Assembly: GCA_000934665.2 (NCBI GenBank)
Contig: KZ538399.1
Span: forward strand, 1-64,000
Length of the DNA: 64,000 nt
DNA from: Catajapyx aquilonaris
Lineage: Eukaryota
Direction of reading: 5' to 3'
Below, piece by piece: positions 44,389-56,489 of the stretch (positions are counted from its first letter, which is position 1; every line of letters begins with the position of its first letter). The notes beneath the pieces are model-generated. The model had not been told where the DNA came from and ran no database searches. It was given only the letters and a program-made list of their open reading frames with translations. The position numbers were made by a program, and so were the translations under genes.

Positions 44389-47300
44389 TTAGATGAAGTC
44401 ATACCTTGGTTTCTTCCAGCTCAAGTACACAACACCAAGAACTCCACCTACAGCTGATGCAATGATGACAGCAAGTATCAATATCCGCCAGAGGAGCATA
44501 TGATCAATTAACTGAAAAGTAATACAGGTATTACTTCATAACCACATAAAAAATATTAATTTCCATTATTATCCAGTAATGGGTATTTTGAGAAGAGCTG
44601 CAGGTGTACAAGTTATTGTACTTTACCAGAAAATAGAAATAAGGCACATGCTACAATTACTTGCCCAAATTCAGAATAATTCGGCCACCTTGAAATCATG
44701 GCTGCTCAATTTGCGGACAGGCGTCTCATGCTCATAAAATGACACCCAGAGTGCTGGAAAGGTGCCCACTGAAAAGGGTGGGTCCTGGCCCATGATTAAA
44801 CTAAATATGGAACCTCTAGGATAATTACCGTATTTTATACAAGGTATTTAAAGTGTGTCACAAGGTGCAGAATAATTCGGCCATAGCACTTGCTGTACCA
44901 AAATAAATTGGCCAGATGATGTGACCCCACTGTAGTAGGGAAAATTGTAAGGCATACGGATATTTGTCATTGCCATTCTCATCATGTATCATATAATATG
45001 GACATCTTGTCAGTCGCAAACATGGTACGTGGAAGAACACTTGAGGGTGAAATCTTGAAGGTTCACGAAGATGACAAATCCATGTGCACCATAGCAAGAC
45101 AACATTGGACCACTGTGACAGGCAAACGACAATCCATATCAACGTGTCGACAGTGGCTACATATGCAGGGATATGACTTCTATCAGGAAAATAGGGGAGT
45201 ACATTGAAAAAAGAAATTCTGACCAAGTTACAGGTCCATACCAATTGTGCTGTTACTGTAGGGAAAGATGCGTCCTCTCTTGACTGCTGTTCAAAATAGG
45301 AAACAACTAGCATAGGCGAAGGAGAGAAGGAAATGGAGGAAAGAGATCTGGTTGAAGGTCATATTTAGTCATGAGCCCATGTTAGAGGTCAGCCCTGGTG
45401 GCAACCGGCGGCAGATTTGGCGCACCGAGTGAGATACGTGTCTTTCCCTACAATAACAGTGCAGTTGTTATGGACCTGTAACTTTGTCAGAATTTTTTTT
45501 TCAACGTACACCCTTATGTTCCTGATAAAGTCATATCCCTGCATAGTAGCCACTGTCGACACGTTGATAAGGATTGTCGTTTGCCTGTCACAGTCATCCA
45601 ATGTTGTCTTGCCATGGTGCATGTGGATTAGTCATCTTCGTGAACCTTCAAGATTTCACCTCCAAGTGTTCTTCCACGTACCATGTCCGTGACTGACAAG
45701 ACATCCATATGATGTATGATGAGCAAATTTCCATATGCCTTACAATTTTTCCTACTACAGTGGGGTCACATCATCTGGCCGAATTATTCTGCACCTCGTG
45801 AAGCACTTTAAATATCTTGTATAAAATACTGTAATTATCCTAGAGGTTCCATATTTAGTTTAAATGTGGGCCAGGACCCATCCTTTTCAGTGGGTACCTT
45901 TCCGGCACCCTGGGTGTCGTTTGATGAGCATGAGACGCCTCTCCGCAAAGAAAGCAGCCACGATTTCAAGGTGGCCGGATTATTCTGAGTTTGGGCAAGT
46001 ATTTCCTACACTCTTTTCAAACTACCGAAATATTGCTGTCCAATTGAACCCATAAATATGTGGTAGGAGTGGGTTGAGGCCATGGTTGAGGCACATCCTA
46101 TCTAAATTTTTAAAATAAGGGCACTGTTACCCTGCTAATTATGTTCTCTGGATATGAATGCTGCTCTGTGCAAACACATTGTGTTACTATTTAAATGTCC
46201 ATAATGGTTAGGGATTTTTTTGTCACTACGCCACTGTGGGGTCAGGAAAAAACCTGCCATGTCCTGATTTTCAATGAATTTCCAAGAAATTGTCAATGGC
46301 CCATTTTGCCTAATAACAGTGGCTAACATTTTTGATAGCCTCTAAAAGTATCTGTTTGCAAGTAACTGATCAGTTAGCATAATAATACCAAAAAATTTCT
46401 GACTGAAAAAGACATGAAGATAGAAATACCTGTATGCAAGGGGTCCGACATTCCAACAAAAATGTACTATATTAACACAAGATTCACCCATGATTTGCAT
46501 GAGGTATTCACCCCCTAAACATAACTGTTCATGCACATGAAGAAATGGCAAAGGAAAAGCCGAGGTTTGATGATGATGAGTTCAGTCCAGCGTTAGGGGT
46601 TGCTGAAACCACTGGCGGCAGACTTCTCTGTGTGATGGACATTGGATATGGCTACTTGCTATTTTAACAAACAAACAACTAGACACCACATCATTAAAGG
46701 AATGTGACACATCATGCAAATCATGGTAGCTCAACCTCAGGAGATTCCATTCCCAAATTGGAGGAAGAAAGTGCATATATAGCAATGTGAGTTCTACAGC
46801 TAGATTATTGGATTATGGTTGAAGAGGGGGAAACATGCCCACGGAATAATTCAGCAACAGTGCAGGGCATACTTTCCAAGTCTCTGGTCTCCTTCCATCA
46901 AGAGATGCTACAAATATGTATAAAACAACACAGCTGTGAATCATATTTAAAAATTTTTATAACGAACTTTCAAATATTTCAAGTCCTTTTCTTCCAAAAG
47001 TTATATTACGATAGGTTTAGAGATTTAGACAGGATGTACTGCTGGCCCAAGTTGTAGCTGCAGCGACACACCTGCCAGGTGATTCTATTTCTCGATTATG
47101 GGGGAGGAATAGCATGGTGTGATGACCCAGAGAGACAAGTACACAGTGAGTGAATCCACAACCAGCATATGCTGGCAGAGAATGGAATTTAATACTAATG
47201 GTAAAAGCATCGTGTACATGACAGGCACCATCATTACCGCTGATCATTTTCTAACCCCCTGCATAGCTATGCACATAATTAACCTTAACCTATTGAAACT

Positions 47301-47523
47301 ACAGATAGCTTATAATCACCTCCACGTAGGTATGTGCCTTGTCATCCACTAGTGAATCTTCCTGGGGCAGAATTGCAAACACAAGCGTGATGACTGTTGC
47401 AACGATGGCGCTGATAATTGTGATGTTCCCTTTCAATCTATTGATGAAAATCTGTGCCACAAAGAGGCCGAACCACATGCAGGCAATTATGAAGATGCCC
47501 GCCCCTAAGCCGTAGATACGCAT
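44389..47523 (-). CDS. TMEM218: Transmembrane protein 218 homologue (ciliary transition zone), 2 coding exons, 108 aa
   Basis: Exons 47523-47320 and 44511-44389 (phase 0, GTGATT / TTTTCAG). MRIYGLGAGIFIIACMW...LVFAILPQE...ELIDHMLLWRILILA...KPRY has three hydrophobic segments and matches the recalled TMEM218 pattern (GVGAGVFILALLW...LLFPR...VDDFFIGRY...EPIY). Confidence 0.8.
44660..45999. mobile_element. Large foldback element (~600-bp arms) in the TMEM218 intron
   Basis: TA-CTTGCCCAAATTCAGAATAATTCGGCCACCTTGAAATC ... GATTTCAAGGTGGCCGGATTATTCTGAGTTTGGGCAAG-TA; complementarity extends to ~45272 and ~45436. Confidence 0.9.
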
Positions 47524-47605
47524 CTGCGTGGATGTTCAGGGGGTAGTCGGCTTATCTGAATTGCTGGCACAGCTACAATCCTGCACCCACCAACCACGTC
47601 CCTAC

Positions 47606-47720
47606 CCGTCACTCAGACGGTCACTCCTATCAGTTGTTATCCAACTTGGAACTTGGAAGCACAACTACGCCGGAACAACAGCAAACATCATTCACATGTC
47701 GACTGATAACAGTTCGATTG
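47606..47720 (-). promoter_or_regulatory. Putative TMEM218 core promoter and non-coding exon 1
   Basis: CpG-rich; Inr-like TCAGTC (47706-47701); donor GG|GTAGGG at 47605; acceptor CACGCAG immediately before the ATG at 47523. Confidence 0.5.
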
Positions 47721-47899
47721 ACTAGCAGCAGCAGAGGGCAGGGAGTAGGCCACTAACAGATCAATACATTACGGGTAGTGGGCGACACTACGCAGTTGTG
47801 TACAGTACGGTACCGGCAGTGGTACCGGCACGGTACATCACACGGACCACTTCTAGTTGCGTGCGGACACATCTTTAGGGATGGTTTGCCACATGAGCA

Positions 47900-48020
47900 G
47901 TGCACATTTCGTTTCATACAGGGATACTTTGTGTCCAGAAGAATGGACACGGCAAACTCTCTTTCCTCGTCTATCTGAGGCAAAAGTTAAAGGTGGGATC
48001 TTCATCTGCCCTCAAAGACT
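47900..48020 (+). mobile_element. DNA-transposon transposase fragment (Chapaev-like, tentative)
   Basis: Translation FPRLSEAKVKGGIFICPQ resembles the recalled FPxLSEAKxKEGIFxGPQ transposase motif; family assignment is from memory only. Confidence 0.4.
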
Positions 48021-48733
48021 ATTCCTAGTCCGTGGTACAGCACGTGTCAGAAACTCTTTGGGTCATCGGAGAATCGCATTGGACGCATTCTGTGGTTTGG
48101 ACAACATGAGAGGTGGTCATGGGTGCGAGTTGGGTTCTCACACGCTACTTGACGGCAGGGGGAATGGTGTGCATTGGGCGAGGAATGCAGAAAGGCATGC
48201 TTGTGGTTCTTTTGTTGGTGCTGGTTACTTCGATTATGGATAAGATGTGATGTAAGTGAATGAATGAGGCAAGTGCCTGACAATAGGTTCAGTGAAGCAA
48301 TATCTGTTCCCGTCTACTTGTTGTCTAGATATGGCCACCTGCTCAACCAAGATGGGACCACCAATGAGGAGGACAGTTTTGTCATTCCAAGGGAAAAAGC
48401 CCTAGCTCTAAAACCAATTATGAAAGTCGTGTCCTATACACTACTTTTGACATTATAAGTTTTGTAGATATGGCTTTTTCCATTGGGATAGCAGAGTTGT
48501 GGTGACCAGATTATCCCCATGGCATTTTGTAAAGGCCACAATGCAATGACTACCCTTCACAAATACCATCCAGCGCCATCCAGGATGGCTGGGCCACACA
48601 CAGTATGACTAGACTGATGGTGCGGAACAGTATTACATATCAACATTGGAGTGTTCCAGGGTAAGCCAAAAAATGTTCAACGATCCTGTATGAAATAAAT
48701 TACAAGTAGTGCTTTTTGGGATATTTGCAATAT

Positions 48734-48823
48734 TGAGTACGTTGCTAAACTCAGCTGCTGCCGCAGTGAAACAAAGGAGTAACAAAACAGCTGTGGCAGC
48801 CGCTGAGTTTAGCAACGTACTCA
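48734..48823. repeat. Short foldback
   Basis: TGAGTACGTTGCTAAACTCAGC ... GCTGAGTTTAGCAACGTACTCA (22-bp perfect arms). Confidence 0.8.
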
Positions 48824-48979
48824 TTGATTCATTTAACATTGTACATTAATGCATCCTGCTCCCCAAACCTCTGCATGCTGTTGATTCACACTATGCACAT
48901 ACTGTACACTGGCATCAGCCATTCCATTCTAAACAGTCCCATTTACCAATCACTATTACATTAATGATGGGGGAGAGAT

Positions 48980-49300
48980 GGAGTTGCAGTGCAGTGAAGG
49001 TCACGCTCATGGATAGAAAGGTCCTGGGTTCGATCCCAAACCCAGGTTTCCAGTTATACAGGGTCATCGAAAAACAATGTCCCAATTTGAAAACTCTATA
49101 ACTTGAAAACTTGTAGACATATCTGAATGATTTATGTTTTGAAATGCTCAGAAGCGTCTAAAAGTTTTGGCCTTGCCATAATTTGTTTGGATATGAGCTC
49201 CATTTGTCGCTCGAAAAATCCTGATGCAGGCGAAAGGGAACTCCCGGTCGGGGATTGAACCCTGGACCTTTCGCTCAGCAAGCTCAGCTACCACACCTCA
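48980..49300. mobile_element. Composite of two truncated SINE heads (opposite orientation) around a Tc1-type end fragment
   Basis: B box GGTTCGATCCC at ~49027 (+); GGTTCAATCCC at ~49251-49261 (-); 49059-49215 matches the end of the 30985 element. Confidence 0.6.
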
Positions 49301-49800
49301 CTTAAGGAATGGTAGTTGGTGAATGGGTACATATTGAATGAAACAAATATATTTGTTAAAGAGTGCCAGTGGAAGTGCCAGGGGGAGGCTAATCACACAC
49401 TGACTTGGGAACCAAAGGAGATTAATATTGCAATGATAAACCCAAGTGGTATGCATGCTTTAGTAAGAATTTCTCATGTTTATGCATACACACAACATCA
49501 TGAATTATTATGGTGAACACATGAGGGTATTTGAAATTGCCATTACTTGTTATTTCAGTGGAAGGAGGTGTCACAGGCTTCTGAAGGATGACAGAGGGGT
49601 GCCAAGTTGACTGTTGGTTGCCATATCAGGAGATACTTTACTTAGAACAGTTCACGACTTGGGACAATTGAGCTGGTGGAAGGTTCGTTTTATCTCCTCA
49701 TTGTTATATCACTTGATGAAATTTTTGAGAAGAGTGGTTGAATGTACTGGATAGGTTTGGTAATCTATGCTTGCCTCATGATTATTAATTGCTGTATTAA

Positions 49801-50599
49801 CCCCTTCGGCCCCAGATCAGCCCGAACCACACAGTTTTTGGCTTACGCGTACTCCGAAGATACGAACAAGATATTTTGCAAATAATAACAGCTATACTTA
49901 CGAGATCTGGGAAAACCCTATGAATGTGTCTGGAACCATTTTACTCGTCTAGAAGTCCCTAAATTAATTTCCAAAAAAGGGCTATAATAACTCGAAATTG
50001 GACTACTGCCGCCCAACTTTTAGGCTGATTTAATTATGAAATGCGCGAAAATATGTGGAATAACAACCTTGAGAACCATGCCAGAGGAATTTGCTGAAAT
50101 CGTCGTCCTTTGCAAGAAATAAATTAATACTTATTTGCGGCTTTCTGGCACTTCGGAAAACTTCGGAAAACTCCCAAATTTATTTGTTTCTCATGAAGTA
50201 CGACGATTTCAGAAAATTCATCTCATACTCATTTAGGAGTTTTCCTAAGTGCTAGAAAGCTGCAAATAAATATTAATTTATTTCTCGCAAAGTACGACAA
50301 TTTCAGCAAATTTGTCTGGGATGGTTCTCAAGGTTGTTATTCCGCATATTTTCACGCATTTCATAATTAAATCAGCCTAAAAGTTGGGCGGCAGTAGTCC
50401 AATTTCGAGTTATTACAGCCCTTTTTTGAAAATTAATTTAGGGACTTCTAGACGAGTAAAATGGTTCCAGACACATTCATAGGGTTTTCCCAGATCTCGT
50501 AAGTATAGCTGTTATTATTTGCAAAATATCTTGTCCGTATCTTCGGAGTACGCGTAAGCCAAAAACTGTGTGGTTCGGGCCGATCTGGGGCCGAAGGGG
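49801..50599. mobile_element. piggyBac-type foldback MITE
   Basis: TTAA TSD on both sides, CCC...GGG termini, near-identical inverted arms of >300 bp. Confidence 0.92.
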
Positions 50600-51135
50600 T
50601 TAAAGTCAGAAAATTACTTTTTGTTTAGCTACGCAATCCTCATTTCACCTACTGGATCGAAGTTAGTTTTCATTGAGTTACAAAATGCATGTATTTTGCT
50701 ATGCAGGATTGTGGGGAGATAGATGACTATAGTAGATAGTATCCAAGGTGGGTCAGTGGATTTATTGATCTTCGAAGGTATTAAAAAGTTTGGATACAAA
50801 TAAACAACAAAGTGAATTAATGAGAGTCAGGCACTCTTTATACCATAGAATAGGTTGCTTTGACTTGGTTAATAATGCCTCACAAATGTCTCTTTAAAGT
50901 GCAGTGCCTGGTGATGTCCTGTACAAGTGACATTTGGGTCTTGACCATGAAGACTTCAGTGATGGAGCTGCAAATGCTGCCCAATGAACTGCTAATATTA
51001 GGACAAATGGAATCATTCCTTCAGGCCCTGAGAACTGCAATGAACACCTGAACCTTAAATAAAGACATAGCAAGTAACCCTTTTTGCCACACTGTCACTT
51101 GACTTGTTTGGACCTATTACTTCCATAGTTTAACC

Positions 51136-51331
51136 CAGCATTTCTCAACTGAGGTTCCACGAGCAATTGCGAGGGGTTCTGTGAGCAATAGTGATGAATA
51201 CTAAGCTAATCATATATAAATGTATTCTTGAATAATTAATATTGATATGTAATAATAATTATGTAGGGGTTCTCTGAGACATGAACATTATTTCAAGGGT
51301 TCTACAAGGGTAAAAAGGTTGAGAAATGCTG
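51136..51331. mobile_element. hAT-type MITE
   Basis: TIRs CAGCATTTCTCAAC / GTTGAGAAATGCTG; perfect 8-bp TSD GTTTAACC. Confidence 0.9.
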
Positions 51332-51431
51332 GTTTAACCCATTCAACCTGATATCAACAGCAAATCTTTTTGATAATTTCTAAAAGTAAGTAGCTCTTCA
51401 AAATAAGAAGCTTACTGCCAAAACTTTACTA

Positions 51432-51787
51432 TATATATATATATATTTTACGTTACCCCGTGATAAGGCTTAGCCTTTTTAGGGGGGTGGAATACCACCA
51501 TTTCACTCCATTTTCATATATTAACTTCATTCACCGGTGCAAGGAGTCAAGGATGTAGGGTAGGGATAGGGATTTTTGGGGAGGGAACATGATTGTGGTA
51601 CAAGGGAAATGTCGGTAAAGGGGTCATGTGCTGTTCCCCAGGAGGTTAGGTTGCCAGACACCTCCTTGGTGCAGGTGAGAGACCCTCCTGACGCAGGTGA
51701 AAGGAAAGTTCCGCAGGCGGGGATCGAACCTGGGGCCTTTCACTCAGCAAGCCGAGACGTTACCATCTCGGCCATCTACACCTCCCC
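51432..51787 (-). mobile_element. tRNA-derived SINE
   Basis: B box GGTTCGATCCC; shared tail; 14-bp TSD CCAAAACTTTACTA at 51418-51431 and 51788-51801. Confidence 0.88.
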
Positions 51788-52135
51788 CCAAAACTTTACT
51801 AACCACTATAGACATTTCAATTTAAGCACACTACTGTACAGATCCAGTAATTGATATTGTTAGGAAACACTTTATGCTGTCTTATGCCTCTAATTCAGTA
51901 TTGGTCAAGATCTGTCATGTGAGCTTTAATTGCCCTTCTTGCACTTATTCCAATCCTGGACATTATTTATCTAATTTAAAAAAAGTTTATAATGTTACAT
52001 TATTTTCAGTTAAGATAGTACCAATGGTGACTTTGTTACCTGAAAAATTACAGCCTCAAATAAGATTTTCAATTCTAAAGGTTGTCTGGCCATACAAGGA
52101 GTAGGGTAAAGAGGAGCACTTCCATCCAGCATGTA

Positions 52136-52346
52136 CCCCCGCGAGCATAAAGATGGAGACGGCAAGCCCTTTTTTGACCTTTCTTTATCCGACTCAAATT
52201 CATGAACTCTTTTTGGACTGAGTTAGCTGCTTCAGGAGTGTTTTCGTGTATTTATGACAGCATATTTGATACCGTAATAGCTGCTATTGGCAGAGCAGAC
52301 TGCCGAAGGTGAGGGCCTGCCGTCTCCATCTTTATGCTCGCGGGTG
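52136..52346. mobile_element. Tc1-type MITE (related fragments at ~7705-7740 and ~10290-10395)
   Basis: TA-flanked TIRs CCCGCGAGCATAAAGATGGAGACGGCA / TGCCGTCTCCATCTTTATGCTCGCGGG; internal TTATCCGACTCAAATT shared with ~10340. Confidence 0.8.
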
Positions 52347-54650
52347 TACATCTCATTTATAAAATGGCCTCGAGCCATCAGGTTTCCATGATATATTGCT
52401 CCAGATCTTTCTGCCATAATGTGCCATAGGAAAGGTACTGTTTCAATTTGTACTTCTGTGGCAGGAGCAGGGAGTGGGGATGCTGCAAATTATCTCACTG
52501 AGGGATTCTGGTGGGATTGAATTTAATATATTGTATGTGAGACTTTTTTTTGTTGTGAAGATGTATGTGATTTTGGTATCAATCGAGAGGGGGAAATGTG
52601 ATGTTTAACCTTTTTTTTCATATATGTTTCCAGCCACCATTAGCTGTAAACTACAAGGGTGTACAGAGTTTTCCTGGGAACATGTGTTGGGGCAAATCCA
52701 TACACATGTTAACCCTGGTTTTGGGGACTGTTAAGATTTAATTACGGTACATTAAGATTAATAAACCAGGGTTTCCTTTTTAAAAAATTGTCTTAGTAAT
52801 ATTCAGCATTTGATGTTATATTATTATCATATGTGAAATTGTTAGTTTGAACACACAACAAGAACACAAAAGAACTCCCATCGTGCTTGACCAATTTTGA
52901 TGGAATTTAAGGCTTCTAAAAGAGTAATAGTCAGCATGAGTGCCCTTGTATTAGGACTTATTTTCAAGGTTTCTCAGGAGAAAGAAGGATTTCCCCTATG
53001 TGCTGCAAGAAATAGGTAGACTCACATTGCCTCACTTACATCACAATGTATGTGAGTGATGCCCACAATTGGGCTCCTTTTTACTAATAGAACAGAGGAG
53101 TGAGGGGGGATGACTCTGCGTCTGGTGGAGGAGGAGCTTGCGCACATTTGGCAATGGTGGGGGCAGGCATTGCAGAGGGGGGTGCAGCTGGCAGGTTGTG
53201 TGTGTCGGACAGCACATGTGCATGAGGCACACAGGCAGTCTTCTTTCTATCAATGAGCCATGAACAAAAAACGTTTTTCCAGATCTATTGTGGTGGGATG
53301 CAGACCATTGCTGCCAAGAGTTGCACTTGTGAACATTGCAGCAAGGGGGCCTATGTCTAATTATGTGTCATTATTGTTTTTGGGTCTCAAAGGGATATTT
53401 TTGAGGTCCATGACATTCTTGTGGAGGTTAGCTAAGGTCAGGTCAGGTCAGGTCATTGTGGTTTACAGGAACATCCATCTCTAGCGCTTCAGTCAACACA
53501 TTAATTTCTCCTGTGATCCTTGCAGGAAGGCCTTGAATGGCCTCCCACTATCAATCATTGGTGATGTTGCCATTAGCGTCATGGGAACCACTTGACTTTC
53601 CTAGTCGCTGAGTAATCTGGCCCCATAGTACAGATCTTCCCATAATTAAAGATTAGTTTTCCATTTTTGTACAAGCTGGCATAGCCTACAGTCCCTACAC
53701 CACAGAAAATGAAATACTGTATTTGAATTTTATGTGAGAGCTTTCATATTATTTTCTATGTAATATATTTGGAAAATAAATATTATATGGAATATTTTTT
53801 AAATAAAAGTTTCTGGGCCTTTGGGAAAAAACTAGAAAAAATGAATTTCCCCCTGGTAAAAACCCGAAATGTGGTGCGGAGGGTGCCGACAGTACGGAAA
53901 TCCATTTCCGTATGAGTAGCCTACTGTATACGTGTTCGAAAACTGTGTGTCTTGGTCTCATGTTAAAGCCTAGAATAAGTGGTTCCAAGAGGGGTGGTTG
54001 TTATTGACTGATGATTCCAGGCCACCTCATGTGAAACTGAGATATTGCAATTTCAAACTTTGAAGACCCATACAATAAAATTCTATTGTACAGTACATCC
54101 CTGGTTCGGGGCCTTCCATAGTTTCAGACTAGGATCATTACTCCACAATCACGACCAAACCATCATATTCTGTGCTAGTAAAACTATCCTATGGGATGTG
54201 TAACTCATTTTTGGCAAGAAGTGGATCTTGATTTGTTCTTTCCCCGACGTCTTCAATTTGCCCCTTGTAGTCTGAAATCTTATGGTGGGTCTCCAGAACA
54301 CTGAATTTTATTGTAATGTGGTCAGAAGCCAATAAATTGGAGCCATTTAGTCCTTATCTGCACTCACTGTCAGAGGTGGACGTGTTTGTATTGGGGCTCC
54401 TGAGACTGGACTGGATTAGTCAGATGATGATGACTTTGGCACAACTTGGTTCATTCTGACAACATGCTTGGGTGATTGATATCAGCTTACTGTGTATTTA
54501 AGTGTGCAACCATGTTGAAGGATGCTGTGACACCCTTTGATGTGTACCATTATCTCCAAGACACTGTCTTTGTGTCCAATTTATCCAAGTAGCCCAATTT
54601 CATGAAAGAATAAGTGTCTGTGAAAACACATGGGGTGAAACTTTCATCAC

Positions 54651-54727
54651 ACTGCTAGTTACTGCTAACTTAGCAGTAACCACACATCCCCAACACTGGT
54701 ACTGCTACGTTAGCAGTAACTAGCAGT
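54651..54727. repeat. Short foldback
   Basis: ACTGCTAGTTACTGCTAAC ... GTTAGCAGTAACTAGCAGT. Confidence 0.75.
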
Positions 54728-56186
54728 GGGATGAAAATTCCACCCATGGGAAACGAAGCAGCAGATTTGGTTTTTGAAGCTCAATAACTGCAATCTTGGA
54801 AACTCCTGTAAGAGTGTTTTATTACACAGCCCTTCTGTTGCCTCCAAGGTAGTCCACACCATCTCCATAAATGTCACTGGAGACTCTTTCCAGCCCAGTG
54901 GGCAGAGAAAAGAATAATGCAGGCTACATACAAGCATATGGTATGGTATGTGGATGCCATCTCCTACAACCTTCTCAATGGATGAAGAAATCATTCTGGT
55001 TCTCAGGTTTTTCCATTCCTTGCCCCATATATTTCCATGACACTCACACACATTTGCTTGAATTAATGGATATTAGTGCCAGACTAATATGATGCAGATT
55101 GGGAAGATAACAGATGGTGTCCAGATCTAGAAATTTCTGAACTCTCCCTGTCCGTGGTTGTAATAAAACTCTCAGTCGATTGCTTCTTTGTATTCAGGCG
55201 ACTAATTCTTGTAAGTCACCCTCTCACATTCATACAAGGAAATTTTTGCAATTTTAGCTGCCTACATGACCATAGAAATAGAAGGGCGAAGAAAACTTTA
55301 TTTGTCATCATAATTATGACAAAAAAGATTCGTGTGTGACTTCAATCATGAAGGAAATTCAAGGCAAAATCATCAGGATCAGTTCAAACTTATCAGCTGA
55401 CAATGGCCAATTGGTGGTGCGAATGCTGGTTCCTACAGGTGCAAGGTGCAGACAGTGTCATGGAGTGGCTGAGAAATCTTGCAAGCAATAGACCAAGTTT
55501 GCTGTTGTTGAAGTCTGGGTTCTCTCAACTTTGCCAGAACCTAGTGAAGTCATGGTGTAAAGGTGTATGGCATAATATTTATTATACCTAATAACAGCAT
55601 TATAAATATACTGTTATAGATAACTAATGCAGACGTTTATGATTTTACTGTACTTTTCTGGCATAAGAATAATGGACAGCATACAAATTGTGCATAATGA
55701 TACTGCAATAATTACCACACTAATACTGTAGGCCTACTAGTAATTCAGTTAGCCAAATATTTTCGTGAATCCCTTTGCCTTTGGCTATGGGACTCCTGGG
55801 GCTCTTCAGGCCATCACACTGGTTGACGACCATCTACTTATTAGAAGTGAGTTTCTTAGATTCATTTTTCTGTACTTGCATGTTGACAAAGTGAACTCAG
55901 GTATTGTGAGAGAAGGGTGACTGATCAGAGTGTTATGGATGGCCTAGCCAGTGGGCCCTGCATCCTAAGCGAAGGGTGACTGAGGTGATATGCAGGTGGC
56001 CATGAGATAATCACGAGCCTACTCTCCATGCCCCCAGGTGGGTAGGGGCAAGGTAGGGGCTAATAGAAAATCCACTACTCTACAAAATAAGTTGGATGCA
56101 CCTCATACATACATACTGTAATCTGACAAGAATGAGAGGGAAGCCTGGCTATTTACATTGGCAATTGGTATGCATGCACACATGTA

Positions 56187-56489
56187 CAGGGGCGGATCCA
56201 GAACTTATTTGTGGGGGGGCACAAGGGTATATGTGGGGGGGAGGGGGCGAACAGGGCCCGTCGCAGGCGAAATTTTTTTTCGGTTTAAGGTCACAACCCT
56301 TCCTCGCGACCCCAAAGGGGTCGCCACCGCAAAATGGAAAAGAACCCATAGAACAGTGCAATTTTGCACTGTTCCAGAGGGTTTTCGCGAGTTCCCCCCC
56401 GTTAAAAAAAAACGGTTTTTTTCCCTCTGGGGGAGCTCCGGGAGGGGCACGTGCCCCCGTGCCCCCCCCCCCCCCTAAATCCGCCACTG
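56187..56489. mobile_element. GC-rich hAT-type MITE
   Basis: TIRs CAGGGGCGGAT / ATCCGCCACTG; 8-bp TSD CACATGTA / CACATCTA. Confidence 0.82.

Larger units (their letters stand above)
48164..51062 (+). pseudogene. Six-exon pseudogene of an unidentified secreted protein
   Basis: Exons 48164-48251, 48329-48391, 48495-48660, 49559-49682, 50707-50747, 50900-51062 join in compatible phases (1,1,2,0,2) with no frameshift; signal-peptide-like start; 7 internal stops; one dead donor (GG at 48392); AATAAA at 51058. Confidence 0.55.

Noticed and set aside
44858..45692. Pairs of similar ORFs on opposite strands
   Set aside because: They are mirror translations of the two arms of the foldback element.
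48164..51062. Selenoprotein or recoding explanation for the in-frame TGAs
   Set aside because: TAA and TAG stops and a dead donor also occur, and I saw no SECIS; C>T decay is simpler.
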